DNA from: Lama glama
Lineage: Eukaryota
NCBI GenBank assembly: GCA_028534125.1
Contig: CM052817.1
Coordinates: 98,334,001 to 98,398,000 of the forward strand
DNA: 64,000 bases
Direction of reading: 5' to 3'
In this document: positions 12,521 to 25,683 of the stretch, one piece after another
Layout: every line of letters starts with the position of its first letter
Numbering within the stretch: position 1 is the stretch's first letter
Program-made: the position numbers and the translations under genes
Notes under the pieces: generated by a model
What the model was told of the DNA's origin: nothing
The model's input: only the letters and a program-made list of their open reading frames with translations
The model's database searches: none

Positions 12521-15500
12521 TTGTCTCCTTTTTTTTTTTTTTGGTTAGAATAACTAAAAATTCTAAGTTGGAAAGAACTATGACATTGTCCTAGTAAGTT
12601 GTAAAAAGAGGGGCAAGAAACTATATCCCATTCTCCAGTCAGTCTTTCAGAGAATGAAATGCCAAGTGATAAAACTATAAGTGATGGCAGCTTCTACCTT
12701 CTAAACTGGGTCCTGAGCTTCCTGGGAGGAGGAAATGGAGGAACTCAGAGGGGGTCTGAGTCTGAAAGGTCTCTCAGGATGGACAAGAGAAAAGCCACAA
12801 GGCTTTTTGGCACATGTTATCTTTGGCAAAATTAATCCTCCATTTCCACCCCAGAAGTCCAGATATTATGAGGGACATGTCATATTTTCCTGAAACGTTA
12901 CTAGGGGGAAAAATAATGTTGAAGTTTTATTTCCCTTTTGAAAAGAATACAACTACCAAAAAGTCCTATATATACTATCAATTGCAAGTTTGTTTGTATA
13001 CTCTGATTTGCAATTTCTCTCAATTTTTTTTTCTTTTTGGTTCACAAATCTACTTGTTATTCCCACATGGTATTGAATGGTGTTTTATTCCACTATTACC
13101 AAATTGTGATTAATGATCCAAAGTTGAATATCATAGGTGCAATAAAATACCACATTTTTAAAGACAATCCCTGACATACCCTTGAGTTACTTCCTAAAAG
13201 AAGTTAGAACTGGCCCATATCCCATCTTCCCTCAAGGCCCACCCTGTTTAAACAGAACACTATTAGAGCAGAAGACTAGGAATGTAGAGTATGTGGAGCA
13301 GAGAGTCAGCACTCTAGAGGAATTGGTTTGTCCTCTCCTCCCTCCATAAGGGAAGAAATAGGCTCTTACCCGCCAAAGCCAAGTGATGACCCATAAAAAG
13401 ACAGGTTGAAAGAAAGACAAACCAACATTCTATCTCTGTTCATGCAGCACATTTTCTCTGTGACTACTGGACCAAAGGGAAAGGAATTGGGGAACTAGCA
13501 GAAGAAGCAGGGGTCAGAGTTGGGAACTGCCACCACTTCCATTATTTGGTGTGGCAAGGGTTTCATGTTCTGGCAGATCACCTTTACCACGGAAGGTAGA
13601 CAGGCAATGGGCTGCTTACAATTATTTTAACCCAGAGGGCAGCCTCCTGAGCAAGGTGATCCCAGCAACCAGGGGTTCTGAACTGTACAGTGGAGTAGGG
13701 CAGAAACTAAGAGGAGGCCATGCTGGAATCATCTCCTCTATCAGGAAACTGGACTAGGGATGGTCTCACAGGGTGCTGTGAAGGGTACACACAACACATG
13801 AGAGAACAAGCGACTAGAAGACAGTTAAGTAAAAAAAAGAAAAACTTCATGCCTTTTCTTTAGTCCTCCCACCACCAGTTCTCTCCCTCTCTGCTCCAAC
13901 TCTGATGGCTCTAGAAGAGAAAGAGAAAGAGAAGAGGGCCCAGCTGAGAGGATGAAGGAAGGCACAGGTCATGCTCCCTTCCCACCCATGTTTCCAGCCA
14001 ACACCTGTCCGGCTGGGTTGGAAAGGGGTGGGATACATGGAAGAAACAAAACTGAATTTTTGCACTGGGATAGATGGTATTGGATTTTTTTTTTAATATG
14101 TGAAAGAACAAGAAAACTATGGCTCTGCCTGAGAAATTGTTAAAGACAGAAAAGGGGCATGTTTGAAGGTGGTGAATGAAGAAAGAAACAAAAATAAACG
14201 TTCCCCACAAAGTTCAATCTGTTCAATAGCTGGGATTTACCAGCAGAGTTAGGTATTTAGAGAACAGCTTTTACAAGTGGTATCTAGCCAGAAATAGTTT
14301 GACACTTTATTTATCCCTTTCAAATGAGTGGAGAAAAACACATATTCAACTCTCTCAAAGTCCCTAAAACTCAAACACAATTCTGGCTCCTGAGAAAGAA
14401 CAGGGGAAGGGAGGATGTTATACAGAGAACAGGAAATGTTAGGTGAAAGTGCTCATCTATCATATGTTACTCTGTAAAATTAAAAATATACATACATGTG
14501 CATATACCTGCTGCTTTTTCTAGAAATAACATAACATAGTACAATCTCCAGTGTTGTTTGGCACCTTTGATTTTCTCAAGGAAACAGTATTTTTTCATCA
14601 AAATATTAGGAAAAAATAATTTGCCTTAGTAAAGGAGAATGCAAACATAGTAACTCTAATTTGGAAAGATACTAAACCTATATTTATTGGCTAATCAAAT
14701 ATATTGTAAAACCAGAAAGACACAGCAATACTTAAAATCTAGCTGATTACTCTTTGGAGGCAGATGACTAACAGCTTACCTCAGCAAAGCAAAAATTGCT
14801 ACCAGAGTTTTTGGTTTGTTTTTTTTTTTTATAGAAATAGTCCTTATTTATTATCTAAGTAACAGCTGTATACCCTGCAGGCAAGAAATAAAAGCTCTTA
14901 AAGGCATGATTTTTAAAAATCCAACTTCATGTCACAGTAATGTGATACTAATTAAAGTGGTAGCTTGGAAATAAATTCAAGATGTCTACTCCATCATCCA
15001 CGATACTGAAGAAAGGAAATGTACGTTGACCAAAACAGTGGATAGAGAGTCAGTAGAATTTACTTCAGAATCTAATTTTTGTTTGCATGTTTGAGCCAGG
15101 GGAACAAAAAAGTGTTTCAGAAATCACCCTAAGACTATGAAAGTTCTTCTGTCTGAAACTTCTTTGCTCAGCAACTTCCTGAAACTCACTCCATCCTGAG
15201 AACATGGTGCTCTCTTTTCAGCTGACCTAAGGTAACAGCCTCAATGTAGCAGACCTTCCAAACCCTCTCTGGGAAAAAGCAGTTTAAATGAACAACCAAT
15301 TAATAAGCTCTTATTTTGTCCAAATGCAATTGTACAAATACAAGCTGGTTAAGAAATTTTGTTTCAGTGACCTTTCTTTCAGTTTGAAAGATAAAGAATC
15401 CTAGATAACAATAAAGAATGATTAAATGAGAACAGTCTCAACTATCAATAAAGGGAGATATCCCTCCAGAGGAAACACTTTTCATTTTGCCCTTGTAGAG

Positions 15501-16679
15501 GTCTGCATGATTATTTATGACTTAAGCCAGCAAAGTGCCACATGCAGGTTTAAGTTAGTATCTTTTAGATAATATAAACCCTCTCTCTCTATTCATCTAG
15601 GAAGGAGTGAAAATAATCTTCTGTTAGATGTAGTGAACTGAAGCTTAGGATAACTGAGAAGGCATTAAAAGAACATTTAAGTATATAAAAAGAGTTAAAA
15701 TATTCAGATCCAATGACGAATCAGAAATGGCTGAAAGCATCATCAGATATGAACACATATTCTCTTGAATAAACTTTCAGAAGCCATACAAACTTGAAAA
15801 GGCACCAAAAGACTAAGATAGGCAAAAGGTGTCTTCTCTCTTTTATTTTAAGGATAGATTCCAGAAACCATAGAAACGTTGACATTAATCTCAAGATAAA
15901 ACTATGAGACAGGTTTTTGAGCAGATGGCTTGTATATATTTAGGGGGAAAAGGTTGGAAATCAAAGAAGTCTAACTAGGGTCAGTAAGAAAATTCAAATC
16001 AAATCAATTTTGTTTGATACTATTTCTCTATTAGAAGAGTAGAAGAATGTCTCAGACTTCATGGACCTGATTTCATTAAAATAGTCAACAAAATCACATG
16101 ATATGATGGAACATGATGCAGAAAGGTACAGAACAATGAAATAACAACCCATATGGCCACTCTGTTCTATGCCACTGGGTTCGTTCCATTAGCAGTTTTG
16201 TTTCTCAGTGACTTGAAAGAAGACATGGAGTCATGGTTATCCACTTTTAGAAGACAAAAATCTACTTAGATTTATTTAGCATAAGATACTTGAAGTTCTT
16301 TACTTTCATACTTTGGGCTTCTGCACTGGTTATTACTTGTGTTGGCAATGACTTTCCCCTGCCCTCCCTGGATTGGCCAACAGAAAAGCCTCTGCATTTC
16401 CATCAAATCTCAGTTTTACTTAACAATGATATCCTCTAGCATGCCTTCCACAAGGAGCTGCTGAAATATTTTTCCCATTACCTGAGTGATTGAACTAATC
16501 ACACAGCACTGTAAACAAGTTGTTTACTTGCTGTTCAGACATCCAGACTGCGACTATCTTGAAGAAAGGATATTTGTATTTAAATTCACGTCAATATCCT
16601 GGGCATTGGAAACACAAAAGATATTCAGTGTTTGATGAATAAAACCAATCTGCGTGATTCTAGAAGTTAATCAGAATGG

Positions 16680-18960
16680 TAAGAAACTCACCAGAAATTG
16701 CAGAAGAAACTGCAGCTATCTAGATATTAAAAAGGAAAATTCCTGGTAAAATGAAAGGCATTTGCCCATTCATTACTCCAGATTCCTACTGAAATGATCC
16801 AAAGATTGCAAAAAAAACTAAAGATAGCAGGAAATTTATCAACAATGTGAAAGTCCACCAACAAGATAACATATTTTAGCAAACTACATAAACTATAGTA
16901 CAGATGGATCATACTGAAGATGGGACTGAGAGATGATTTCCAAACTCTCCTTTTGGGAAAGCTCAGAATCAGCCAGGAGGAAGAAAATGCATGTGGAAAC
17001 CCACCAACACCAGTTAACTTTGAAGAGGAAATACCGGACTCACAGTCGGCACACGGCCAATATGGAGCGCCCGTTTAGAGTCCCGTCTGCTGCTAGGAGA
17101 TCAATGGCCCAGGGAGGCTGCACTTGGGCTGCAGTCATCAGCAGATGAGTGGAGCAGCAGCAGGACCAGGAAGGTTGATCTGCATGTAAGGCTGAGAGCC
17201 CCAAGAAAACACATCATCCTGAAGCCAATTCCCAATACAGCAGATTCATTAATAAAGAAGAAACTGCTCTATAAGGAAGTTCCCTTGTTAGCTATAGGGG
17301 AAGGTTCTTATAATAAATTTATAGAACTTTCTGTAACTTTAGTTCCCTCAATTCACCTTAGGCTGTTAGATCACTGGTTAAGTAAATGTTGTCCACTGAT
17401 CAAAAATCTCAAGATATTATAAAGGATTTTAATGGTACAGTTTAGACAATAAGAACCTATCAAGCTATTGATGGGCAATTACTATCCCTGAATAGTCTTC
17501 TGTTAAATGAACAATTTTTAAAAGTATATACATGCTTAAAGAAATAGATATACAGAATAAGACAGAGAGAGACTTTCGTCAAAATAACTTACTAAAAAAA
17601 CAAAAGTCAAGTTTGTAAATACACCAACTTTGTGACCACAATAAAATTCAAGGAAAAAATGGATTCTGAGCCCAGAGATAAAAAATAAAATAACAAAACA
17701 ACAGGCTGAGAAATAGAAGAAAAAAGATCACAATGAAGTAAGAGAAACTGAAGAAATGCAATTGCAGAATTGAAATATGCATCAGGAGCAACGAATAGTA
17801 AAATCGGCACTACAGAAAATTTGAATTCATCATGTAGGGGACAAAAGTGAGAAAATTTCCAAGCAAGCAAAAAGGCTCTAAAATCAGTGTCCAGTAGACA
17901 TCTGTATGTTCCTAAAGATACCAGGAAAAATCTGAATACAAATAAAAATAAATAATTGAATTAAAAATAACTTTCCTGATCTACAGGAATGCCTGCATCT
18001 GCATATCTAAAGGGCTTACTAAAAACAAAGCAAGAAAACTAATGCAGAAAAAAAAGAAATACATGGCTATATGGCAACAATATTTTTAAATTTCAGAGAC
18101 AAAAACTCCCTAATAACCCAGATTGAGGTAGTTTGAGGAGAGAGGGGAATTAAGGTGGCTTCAGAATTTCTCTACCAATTATTAAGTCCTAGAAGAAAAT
18201 GAAATGACACCTGCAGAGTTTTTAGAGAAAATAACTGTAACCCAAGATTTTGATGTGCAGCCAAATTACAGGTCGTATGTAAATACAAAGGAGAGATTCT
18301 CTCAGCACTAGAGCTCAAAATCTTGACTATTAGATATTTTCTCTATAAATATTACTTGAAGGCTTACACCAGCCAACCAAGAGGTGAGCCACAGGAAAAA
18401 ATAAATAAATAAAAAACTGAAATGACCAACAAAATACCAAAAAAAAAAAATTCTGTAGCAGGCCAGAAACACTGAGGAACTACAAAATATTATAGACTGG
18501 AAAGAACTGAGAGAGCTTATTACAAAACACCTACACCATCTAAATTAAAAAATAAACATCAAATTGGGGGGAAAAAAGCATCTGGACTTTTGACAGAAAA
18601 AGAGCTATTAGTCTTAATATATAAAAACATATCCAAATTATTAAGAAAAAGATTACCACACCAATTAAACAAATTAGCAAATGATTCAAATGGACCATTA
18701 AAAAGGGAGAATTTCAGATAGTATGAAGCTTATGAGAAAAGATGCACTAGCAACTGAATAAGACAACTTAACACAATACTGTGAAATCATTTTTCATCTA
18801 TCAAATGGGAAATAATGAGAAAGCATGATACTACCCCCAAGATGGCCAGGATAAGAAGAAATAGATATTCTCATACATAGCTGGTGGTAACATATGAATT
18901 GCTAGTCTTTCTGGGGAGGTATCTGACAGCAAGAATCAAAAGCCTAAAAATGGTTCACTC
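16680..18960 (+). mobile_element. Ancient L1 (L1ME/HAL1-like): degraded 5' region, ORF1 and ORF2 3' remnants
   Basis: A-rich strand with ORF1-like motifs (gcttcagaatttctc...ctagaagaaaatgaaatgacacctgcagagtt...aacccaagatttt...cagccaaatta) and ORF2-end motifs (ctcatacatagctggtgg, tttctggggaggtatctgacag). Confidence 0.6.
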
Positions 18961-19019
18961 AGTAATTCAATAATTTCAAATAAGCACAAAACAATCTAAG
19001 AATGATATAGAAAAATTAT

Positions 19020-19160
19020 CAATTTGTTCATCAAACAGACATTTACTGATTACCTATTGTGCATCAGGTACGATTCTAAATGAGGACCTATAGTAATAAA
19101 CATGGCCGCTCAGATTCCTAATCTCATGGAGTTTATTTTGTAATGGGGGAACAGGGGATA
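19020..19160 (-). mobile_element. LINE-2 3' fragment
   Basis: acatttactgattacctattgtgcatcaggtacgattcta...ctcatggagttta. Confidence 0.7.
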
Positions 19161-19944
19161 ACAGGCACATCACTGATATTTCTGAATATATTACTAACAA
19201 AAATTCCCAAAGTCACAGAACACCAATGACTTATATATAATTTTAAAATAATCTTTCTTTGAAACATCTAATGAAGCAGCATTTCTTAAAGATGTGCCCC
19301 ACTAAAAAAGGAGAATTCTATAGTCACATAATCTTGACAAATACTCTTGGACATTTCCAATTAATATAGTATCAGGCTTTGAAAAGTTCTGAAAGTTAGA
19401 TATCTGTTTCATTTTAAGTTTTCTAAAGTTTGTATTTTTTAAAAATACAGCTCTGTAGTTTTTACTAGATCATATAAAAACATATTTGAAATACTATTAT
19501 AAAGAACAGTATAAAGAAGCAAATATAAGTCATCTGAAATCACACCATCCAAGATCACCACCATAAAGTCTGCTGCTGACCTTCCTCTCTTTCATCTCTC
19601 CACAACTATATGGGCTCTTGTTCTAAAATACTGTCCTTCTTGTGTATGTACTTGTTCTCTCTCACATCTCCATTTTCCATCCTGAAAATCAATATTAAGG
19701 ATCTGGTTGTTACTTTTTTCCATATTCATACTATTATGTACAATTTTTTATATAAGAGGATGCTTAATGGGATTGTCCCTGTACTCAGAGTGGACTGAAA
19801 CCCTGAACAGAAGGTGGGTAAGTGATAAGTACCAAAGCTTTCGAAAGATTTTTAAAGAGATGTCCTGGACACGTTTTTGCATGACTTATTAAGAGGGGAA
19901 CAAAACTGGGCCTGTGAATCTTAGTCATCCCCCAACTTGAGCCT

Positions 19945-21045
19945 ACGTGTGAATATTTATTTATATGAAGAATGTTGGCCTGAGAGTGAACTAGCATTTC
20001 CTCTTCCTAATCGAGGAGGGGATGCAAATCTTCCCACTTACCAAGTGCAAGAGTAGGGAGTGAGGAATAAAAACAATAAAATCCTTAGGAAGATTAAAGG
20101 AGGCTTGCAAAAGAAGATCAGCCTTGTCATTTTCTGACTGGATGCTTGTTGACCTAAGGAAACTCATCAGCCCAACCAATATTATGTCTACTTCTATTAC
20201 GAAAGACTTCTGAGAATACAAGATAGTCCTACAAGAGTTTAGGGGGGAATACACCATAAAAACAGAGGCTGCTAAAATTCTCCTGACAGAATAAGGAGAG
20301 AAGACTGCAACAGGAGTAAAGTATATTTCCATGGAGGTGGGGCCAGAGGGTAAGTTTTCTGTAAGTCAAGTGGTGCCACAAAGGGTGTCTGGCAAAAGGA
20401 GAGGATCCAAAGTGTAAATCCTTTTGGAAAGGAACTAAGAGAAAATAATAAAAGGATAGACCAAAAGTGAATCACTCAAATTAGGAAAAGGTGGAGTATA
20501 AAAGGCCACAATAGCACCAGGGTGCCTGGGGTAGGGCGCCACTAAAGAATCTACAAATGCATTCTCAAGAGGAGTGAGCAGCAGCTGGACATCTGTCATA
20601 ACAAACAGCAGGCAAACAGGAGCCAAAAAAGAACTCCACAGAGCATCAGCTTTTGCCGGGTTGCTTCTCATCTCTCCTGCCTGCTCTGGCACTGGAAGAA
20701 TCAGAAGCAGCAAGGGAACAAGATAGAACAGGGAAAGAATATATAACATTGCATCACTTCTCATCTCCCTACCACTGCTTTGCAGAAGCAAGGGTCCAGC
20801 TTGAGCTGGGGCAAGGGAGAAGATTTGAATTGGTTGAGAGATTGAAGTTTTGATATTAGGTTAGACTGGGTTTTTTAAATTATCTAAACAAAACAAAACA
20901 AAAATGCTGGAACAGCCAAGAGACCTGAATCAAGATGTAATCCAGAGACAAGGAACATCCAAGAAAGTCTATTTGGTCATCGCTGAAGAAAAGTAAAAGT
21001 TATTTCCTTATTGCATTCCATTGAGACTATCACATTTAATAAATA
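19945..21045 (+). mobile_element. Probable ancient long solo LTR (family not assigned)
   Basis: About 1.1 kb with higher GC than its flanks. It has TATAAAAG at about 20497 and a terminal AATAAA at about 21038, an LTR-like layout; no TSD seen. Confidence 0.4.
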
Positions 21046-21099
21046 ATATATATATAGGTAGATAGATATAGAAATGTATATATATCTTATGTATATCAC

Positions 21100-21800
21100 T
21101 ACTAAATTTATAAAATGCAATCATTTTACAAATTTTGTATATTTCTTCATATATGCTGTTGTTATTTAATAATGCATTCTGGAAAACCTCCTATGCTTAG
21201 TTCTAATTCATTCATAATGGTCATTTTTGAGATCTTGGTATTAATATACCTCAGTTTTTTTCATCATTCCTGTATTATAGATTTTGATTTCATTTCCATA
21301 TTTTTTTTGCTACAAAAACCCCTGCAATATGCATTCTTATTTTACACTGACTTCTATTTTTATGGAATAATTTTACAAGAGTCTGCTTGCTAGGATAATG
21401 TATGCATATTATATTCTAACATATTGCCAAAATGAATTCCACAAAGAATAGAACAAAATTGCCACCAGCAATATATAAGAATGCCATGTTCTTGGAATCC
21501 CCAGTTGCACCAGATATTACCACTTTTTAATTTTTAACAAGCTAATAGGTGAAAGAGATATCTCATCATTATATTAATTTGCATGGCCCTGACTACCAGT
21601 GAGGTTGAACATGTTTAATTGGTCATGTGAACTTGCTCCTCTAGGAAATTCCTTATACATAATATCATTTGCCTATGTTTCTACTCAGTTATTTGTCTTT
21701 TTCCTATCAATTTAAAAGATTATTTGTATAGTATAGAATTTAAATTTATTTCCCAGGTATTACAAGTATTATTTCCAAATCAATCATATCTTAGCATATA
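21100..21800 (-). mobile_element. Old L1 (L1ME-like) 3' fragment
   Basis: gctaataggtgaaagagatatctcatcattatattaatttgcat...ccctgactaccagtgaggttgaacat. Confidence 0.75.
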
Positions 21801-21829
21801 TTATTTTTTCATTCTTTTAAAATAAATTT

Positions 21830-22262
21830 TTAATAACTTTTTTATTTTGGAATAATTTTAGATTTATAGAAGAGTTAACCACAAAGAAAGTATAGAGAGT
21901 TCCTGAATGCCCCTCACTTAGTTTCAGTTTCCCCTGCTGTTATCATCTTCCATCATCAGGATGTATTTGTCAGCTCTGAGAGACCAATATTGGTATATTA
22001 CCAAAAACTAAATTTTAGACTTCATTTAAATTTCACCAGTTCTTTTCATTAATATTATCTTTCTGCTCCTGGATCCAATCCAGGATAACATATTGCATTT
22101 ATTTGTTATCTCTTCAGTATCATCTGGTTTGTTTGTGATTGTTTCTTAACCTTTTAGTTTTCATGATCTTGAGAGCTTTGAGTAGCACTGGTCAAGTATT
22201 TTACAGCAGGTCCCTCAGTTTGGATCTGTCTGATGTTTTTCTCATGATTAGACTGGAGTGAT
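21830..22262 (-). mobile_element. L1MB/L1MC-like 3' UTR fragment
   Basis: ttttggaataattttagatttatagaagagtt...ccaatccaggataacatattgcatt...tctgatgtttttctcatgattagactgg. Confidence 0.75.
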
Positions 22263-22264
22263 GG

Positions 22265-22894
22265 TGAGACAAGAAGAAAGTGGGCAAAGCACAGCCATTC
22301 GAGGAATGAAGCAGCAATTAACACCAAAATGGTGGAAGATTCAACTCCCAGTAAGCCTTGAGGCTCAAGATGGTGGGAGATTTGACTTCTGGTAGACCTT
22401 GAGCTTCATTATACGCCCATCATATTATATTAACATGGTTTATAACATGCCTGCAGGCACCATGACAGTCCCAGGGCTAGCCACAAAATGTCAAAGAGTG
22501 AGAAATGGCCAACTTCCTGGGAATCCCAGCCCCTTCCCCAGGCTAGTTAGACTGATCCTTCCACTTATTAGCATATGAAGCCACCAAGCCCAGAAAAACT
22601 GGCAACACAGTACCTAGTGGCCACTGCCCTCTCTCTCTCCCTCTTGGGAGATGGCCCATACTAGAGTGTATACATACTTTTAATCTGAGCACCCAATCCC
22701 CACATCTCATGGCCTCTCTCTTGCCTTTCAATGTATCTCTCTGAATAAATCTAGCTTTACAAAACTGTGGCTCGCTCTTGAATTCTTTCCTGTGCAAAGC
22801 CAAGGACCCACATTTGGCGGGGCACGTCCCCGGGGCTCAACTGAAGCCTGAGACTTGGCCCTCCTCACGCCCCACATACATTTTTCCTGCATCA
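22265..22894 (+). mobile_element. ERV1-type solo LTR
   Basis: TG...CA termini (tgagacaag...cctgcatca), AATAAA at about 22744, a U5-like ctcgctcttgaattctttcctgtgcaaagccaaggaccc segment, and retained CpGs. TSD not resolved. Confidence 0.75.
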
Positions 22895-22939
22895 GTTTCA
22901 CTGAGTTAAATCCCATTCTTTCTTCAGATAGCAGCTTAT

Positions 22940-23390
22940 ATATCACTTTTTCCACAAATATATCTCGTGAGACCTCCAGTTTGGGTCTGGTGACACATCT
23001 CTGTGCTCCCATGGCAAGTTGTCATCCCCTGTTGTTATGTGTATAATCCTCTGTATCTTGCACTGGATTATGCATTACAATAGGGCAGTGATGGTGTCTT
23101 TCCTCTTCCCTTTGTGTCCCCAGGAGCTAACACAGTGCTTGATACCTGTGAGTACTCAATATTTGATGAAATAAATAAATACTAGTTCTGAATACTATGG
23201 TCTTGACTTCAGTAGCCCTCTTAATAATTGTTTACTGCTTTTTACTTTCATTCATTCATCCATGCATGCATTCATTCACTTACTCGACCAGTATTTAGTA
23301 CACACCTCCTTTATGCCAGATACATGCTAGGTGCTGGACGCCTAGTGCACAAGACAGATGTCACCTCTGCTCTTACGACTTTATAATCAT
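22940..23390. mobile_element. Two LINE-2 3' ends tail to tail (+ 22940-23180; - 23245-23390)
   Basis: gtccccaggagctaacacagtgcttgatac...ctcaatatttgatgaa on +; (ttca)n...atgccagatacatgctaggtgctgg on -. Confidence 0.75.
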
Positions 23391-25469
23391 ACACCACAAG
23401 AAGTCATAAAACCATTTAAAAAGCTAAGACCATTCCAAAAAGTCACTTACACATACTGTGGTTGTCAACACTGATTGATCAACCTTTTAGTTTCAGGGGA
23501 ATATGAGCTCTACTTAACAGAAAATATAAATCAAGTCCTCTTATTCTAATTGATCAACTTCCCTTAGAAATCACAAGTAAATAGTTTATAGTGGTTGGGA
23601 AGGTGGGGTGGGCTGGTGCATAGAAATGTGAAAGAAAGGAGAGGAAATGGGTTAGAAATAGGAGGTTTCCACACTGTTTTGCGGTGATTATCATGCAAAA
23701 CCCAGACCTGCAAATTTTATTTCAAATGCTAGGCTAAGAAATTTGGCAATAGAAATGGCAGTGGCATTTTCAAACCCTTTATTATAGGTATTTATTTAGC
23801 TTAACTTGAGAGAATTCACAAATATAAATTTAAATGGAGAGCTTTTGACCTTTCCTGTTAGGTTTAAATTATTTCTCTTTTAAATTGTTTGAGTATTTTC
23901 ATTTGATTCTGTGTTGTCAGTTGAATTTTTCTACTAAATCAGAGGTAAAGCTTACAATTATGAAATCCAAGCATACTTGTGACTTATGACCCAACCACTT
24001 CGTATTACTGCTGACTGGCTGCACCCCAGACCTCCTAAAATATTAATTGTGTAATTTCCGCTGAGGCCTTTGCTACTTCTCATAAATACGGTTTTTTTTT
24101 AAAAATGAATTCTCTACAGTCATCCAGTTTTCTGACTAACTTTTATCTCATAAAGCTAAACTGAAGTGTTTTTAATAAAGATACCCTTAGCTTCCTACAG
24201 TAAGATTGCTTGGATTGTTATATGAATATAATAAGAGAGATTTAATCTGTTTAAAATATCCTGTTTAGGTACTTATTTCCTCATCTATAAAATACCTTCA
24301 ATTTTTGTGCTACATAAATAACCCAGCCATGTCCTAGGTGCCACGCTCAACTACAGAGCTAATGCAGACCAATGAACTACATGTATGCCAAACCCACTTG
24401 AGCTAACCAGTTGACCATATGTCTAAAGTTAGTAGAGAAAATAAATATAGTCTCTTTATTCCAAAGAGAATCTTTGAAAGATCTACAATGTTCCATCTTA
24501 TACTTTGCTTCTAAAGGGTATAGAATAATTTAAAATATGGACAACATACTCAGTCAGGAGAGGGAGTTGGGTATTTCTTAGCACAAGGAGCCAATTTCTG
24601 AAGGTGAGTAAGACTTCTGCAGTTAGTGCACTCACCTTATTTATAGCGCCCAAGTCATCCTTACGTTCTTGTCAACATTGCTTTAAGAGCTATTACTCAT
24701 TCTCTTAAAATAATAGAAATATAGAAAACAAATATTCTCTCCTAAAGAATAAGTGTAAAATGAAAAGAAAGAAAAGAGGGGCCACGTTTATCTATTTAGT
24801 TGTAATAAATAATGCAAGCTTTCCAAATGGAAGTATTGGAATAATGAAACTAATTTTCCAAAATTATTCTAGTGTATTCAATTATGGATTTTAATTATTT
24901 TAGAGAAGAAACTCACAGTGTTAATGAAAGAGACAGTAGTAAAAATCATGATGGAGTTAGGTTTCATGTTTCTGCATTCTATAAGCTTTATTAGATGATG
25001 TAAATCAAATATTTGATGAATACTAAGAGCCTTTTGGGATAGTAAAATGAATATTACCATCATGACTCTGAGAGCTAGGTTGAAGTATAATCACAGCCAG
25101 TTAAGGTAAGTGGGTTTCACAGCCAAAGGGAACATTGCTTGTTGAAAAGAGGCCTCCAGAGAGCTGTTTGGTATCAATTATAAATAATAGTAAGATAAAA
25201 ATTAAAGCATACTGAACTTATGGTGTAAACTACAGGAAACCAAAAATAATAGGATAATGTTGCTCTTCAACCTTCAACTCATAATGGATAAAAAAAAACT
25301 CAATAGGTTATAAGAGAGTAGAATAGACCCCTTATCATTTTATTTTCTATCTTCCATTTGTTTCATGTGTCACCCAAGCACAGCTTATACTTTTCCCTCT
25401 AGGGAATCTCAAAAAAGGAAAAGAAGAAAAGAATGAAAGAAAACAAAAATGAAATCAATGTTTCCTGGA

Positions 25470-25612
25470 CTACTTAGGAGTGGTAAAGATACAGAATCCT
25501 GGTAGCCACCCCAAACTAATGACTTAACTGCTAGTCTTAGAGCCAGGGATTTATTCTTTAAATAATCTGTCCAAGTGATTCTTCATCACATTAAGGTTTA
25601 AAATCCACTGAA
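25470..25612. mobile_element. MER5-like hAT DNA transposon fragment
   Basis: acagaatcctggtagccacccca...ccaagtgattctt...aaggtttaaaatccactg. Confidence 0.55.
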
Positions 25613-25683
25613 TTAGAATGTTTAGTGAAAGGACATGCTGAATATCTGACTATAAGGATTCCTCTCTTTTCCTCTAATATTAT

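Noticed and set aside
15030..15065. LTLYP peptide resembling IQCM FTLYPP
   Set aside because: Flanking residues do not match and there are no splice sites; coincidence.
17030..17170. Small CpG cluster as a promoter or CpG island
   Set aside because: Too short, and it lies within a probable old L1 5' region.
23451..23509. AG...GTAAGT-bounded 59-nt minus-strand segment
   Set aside because: Stops in all three frames and no other support.
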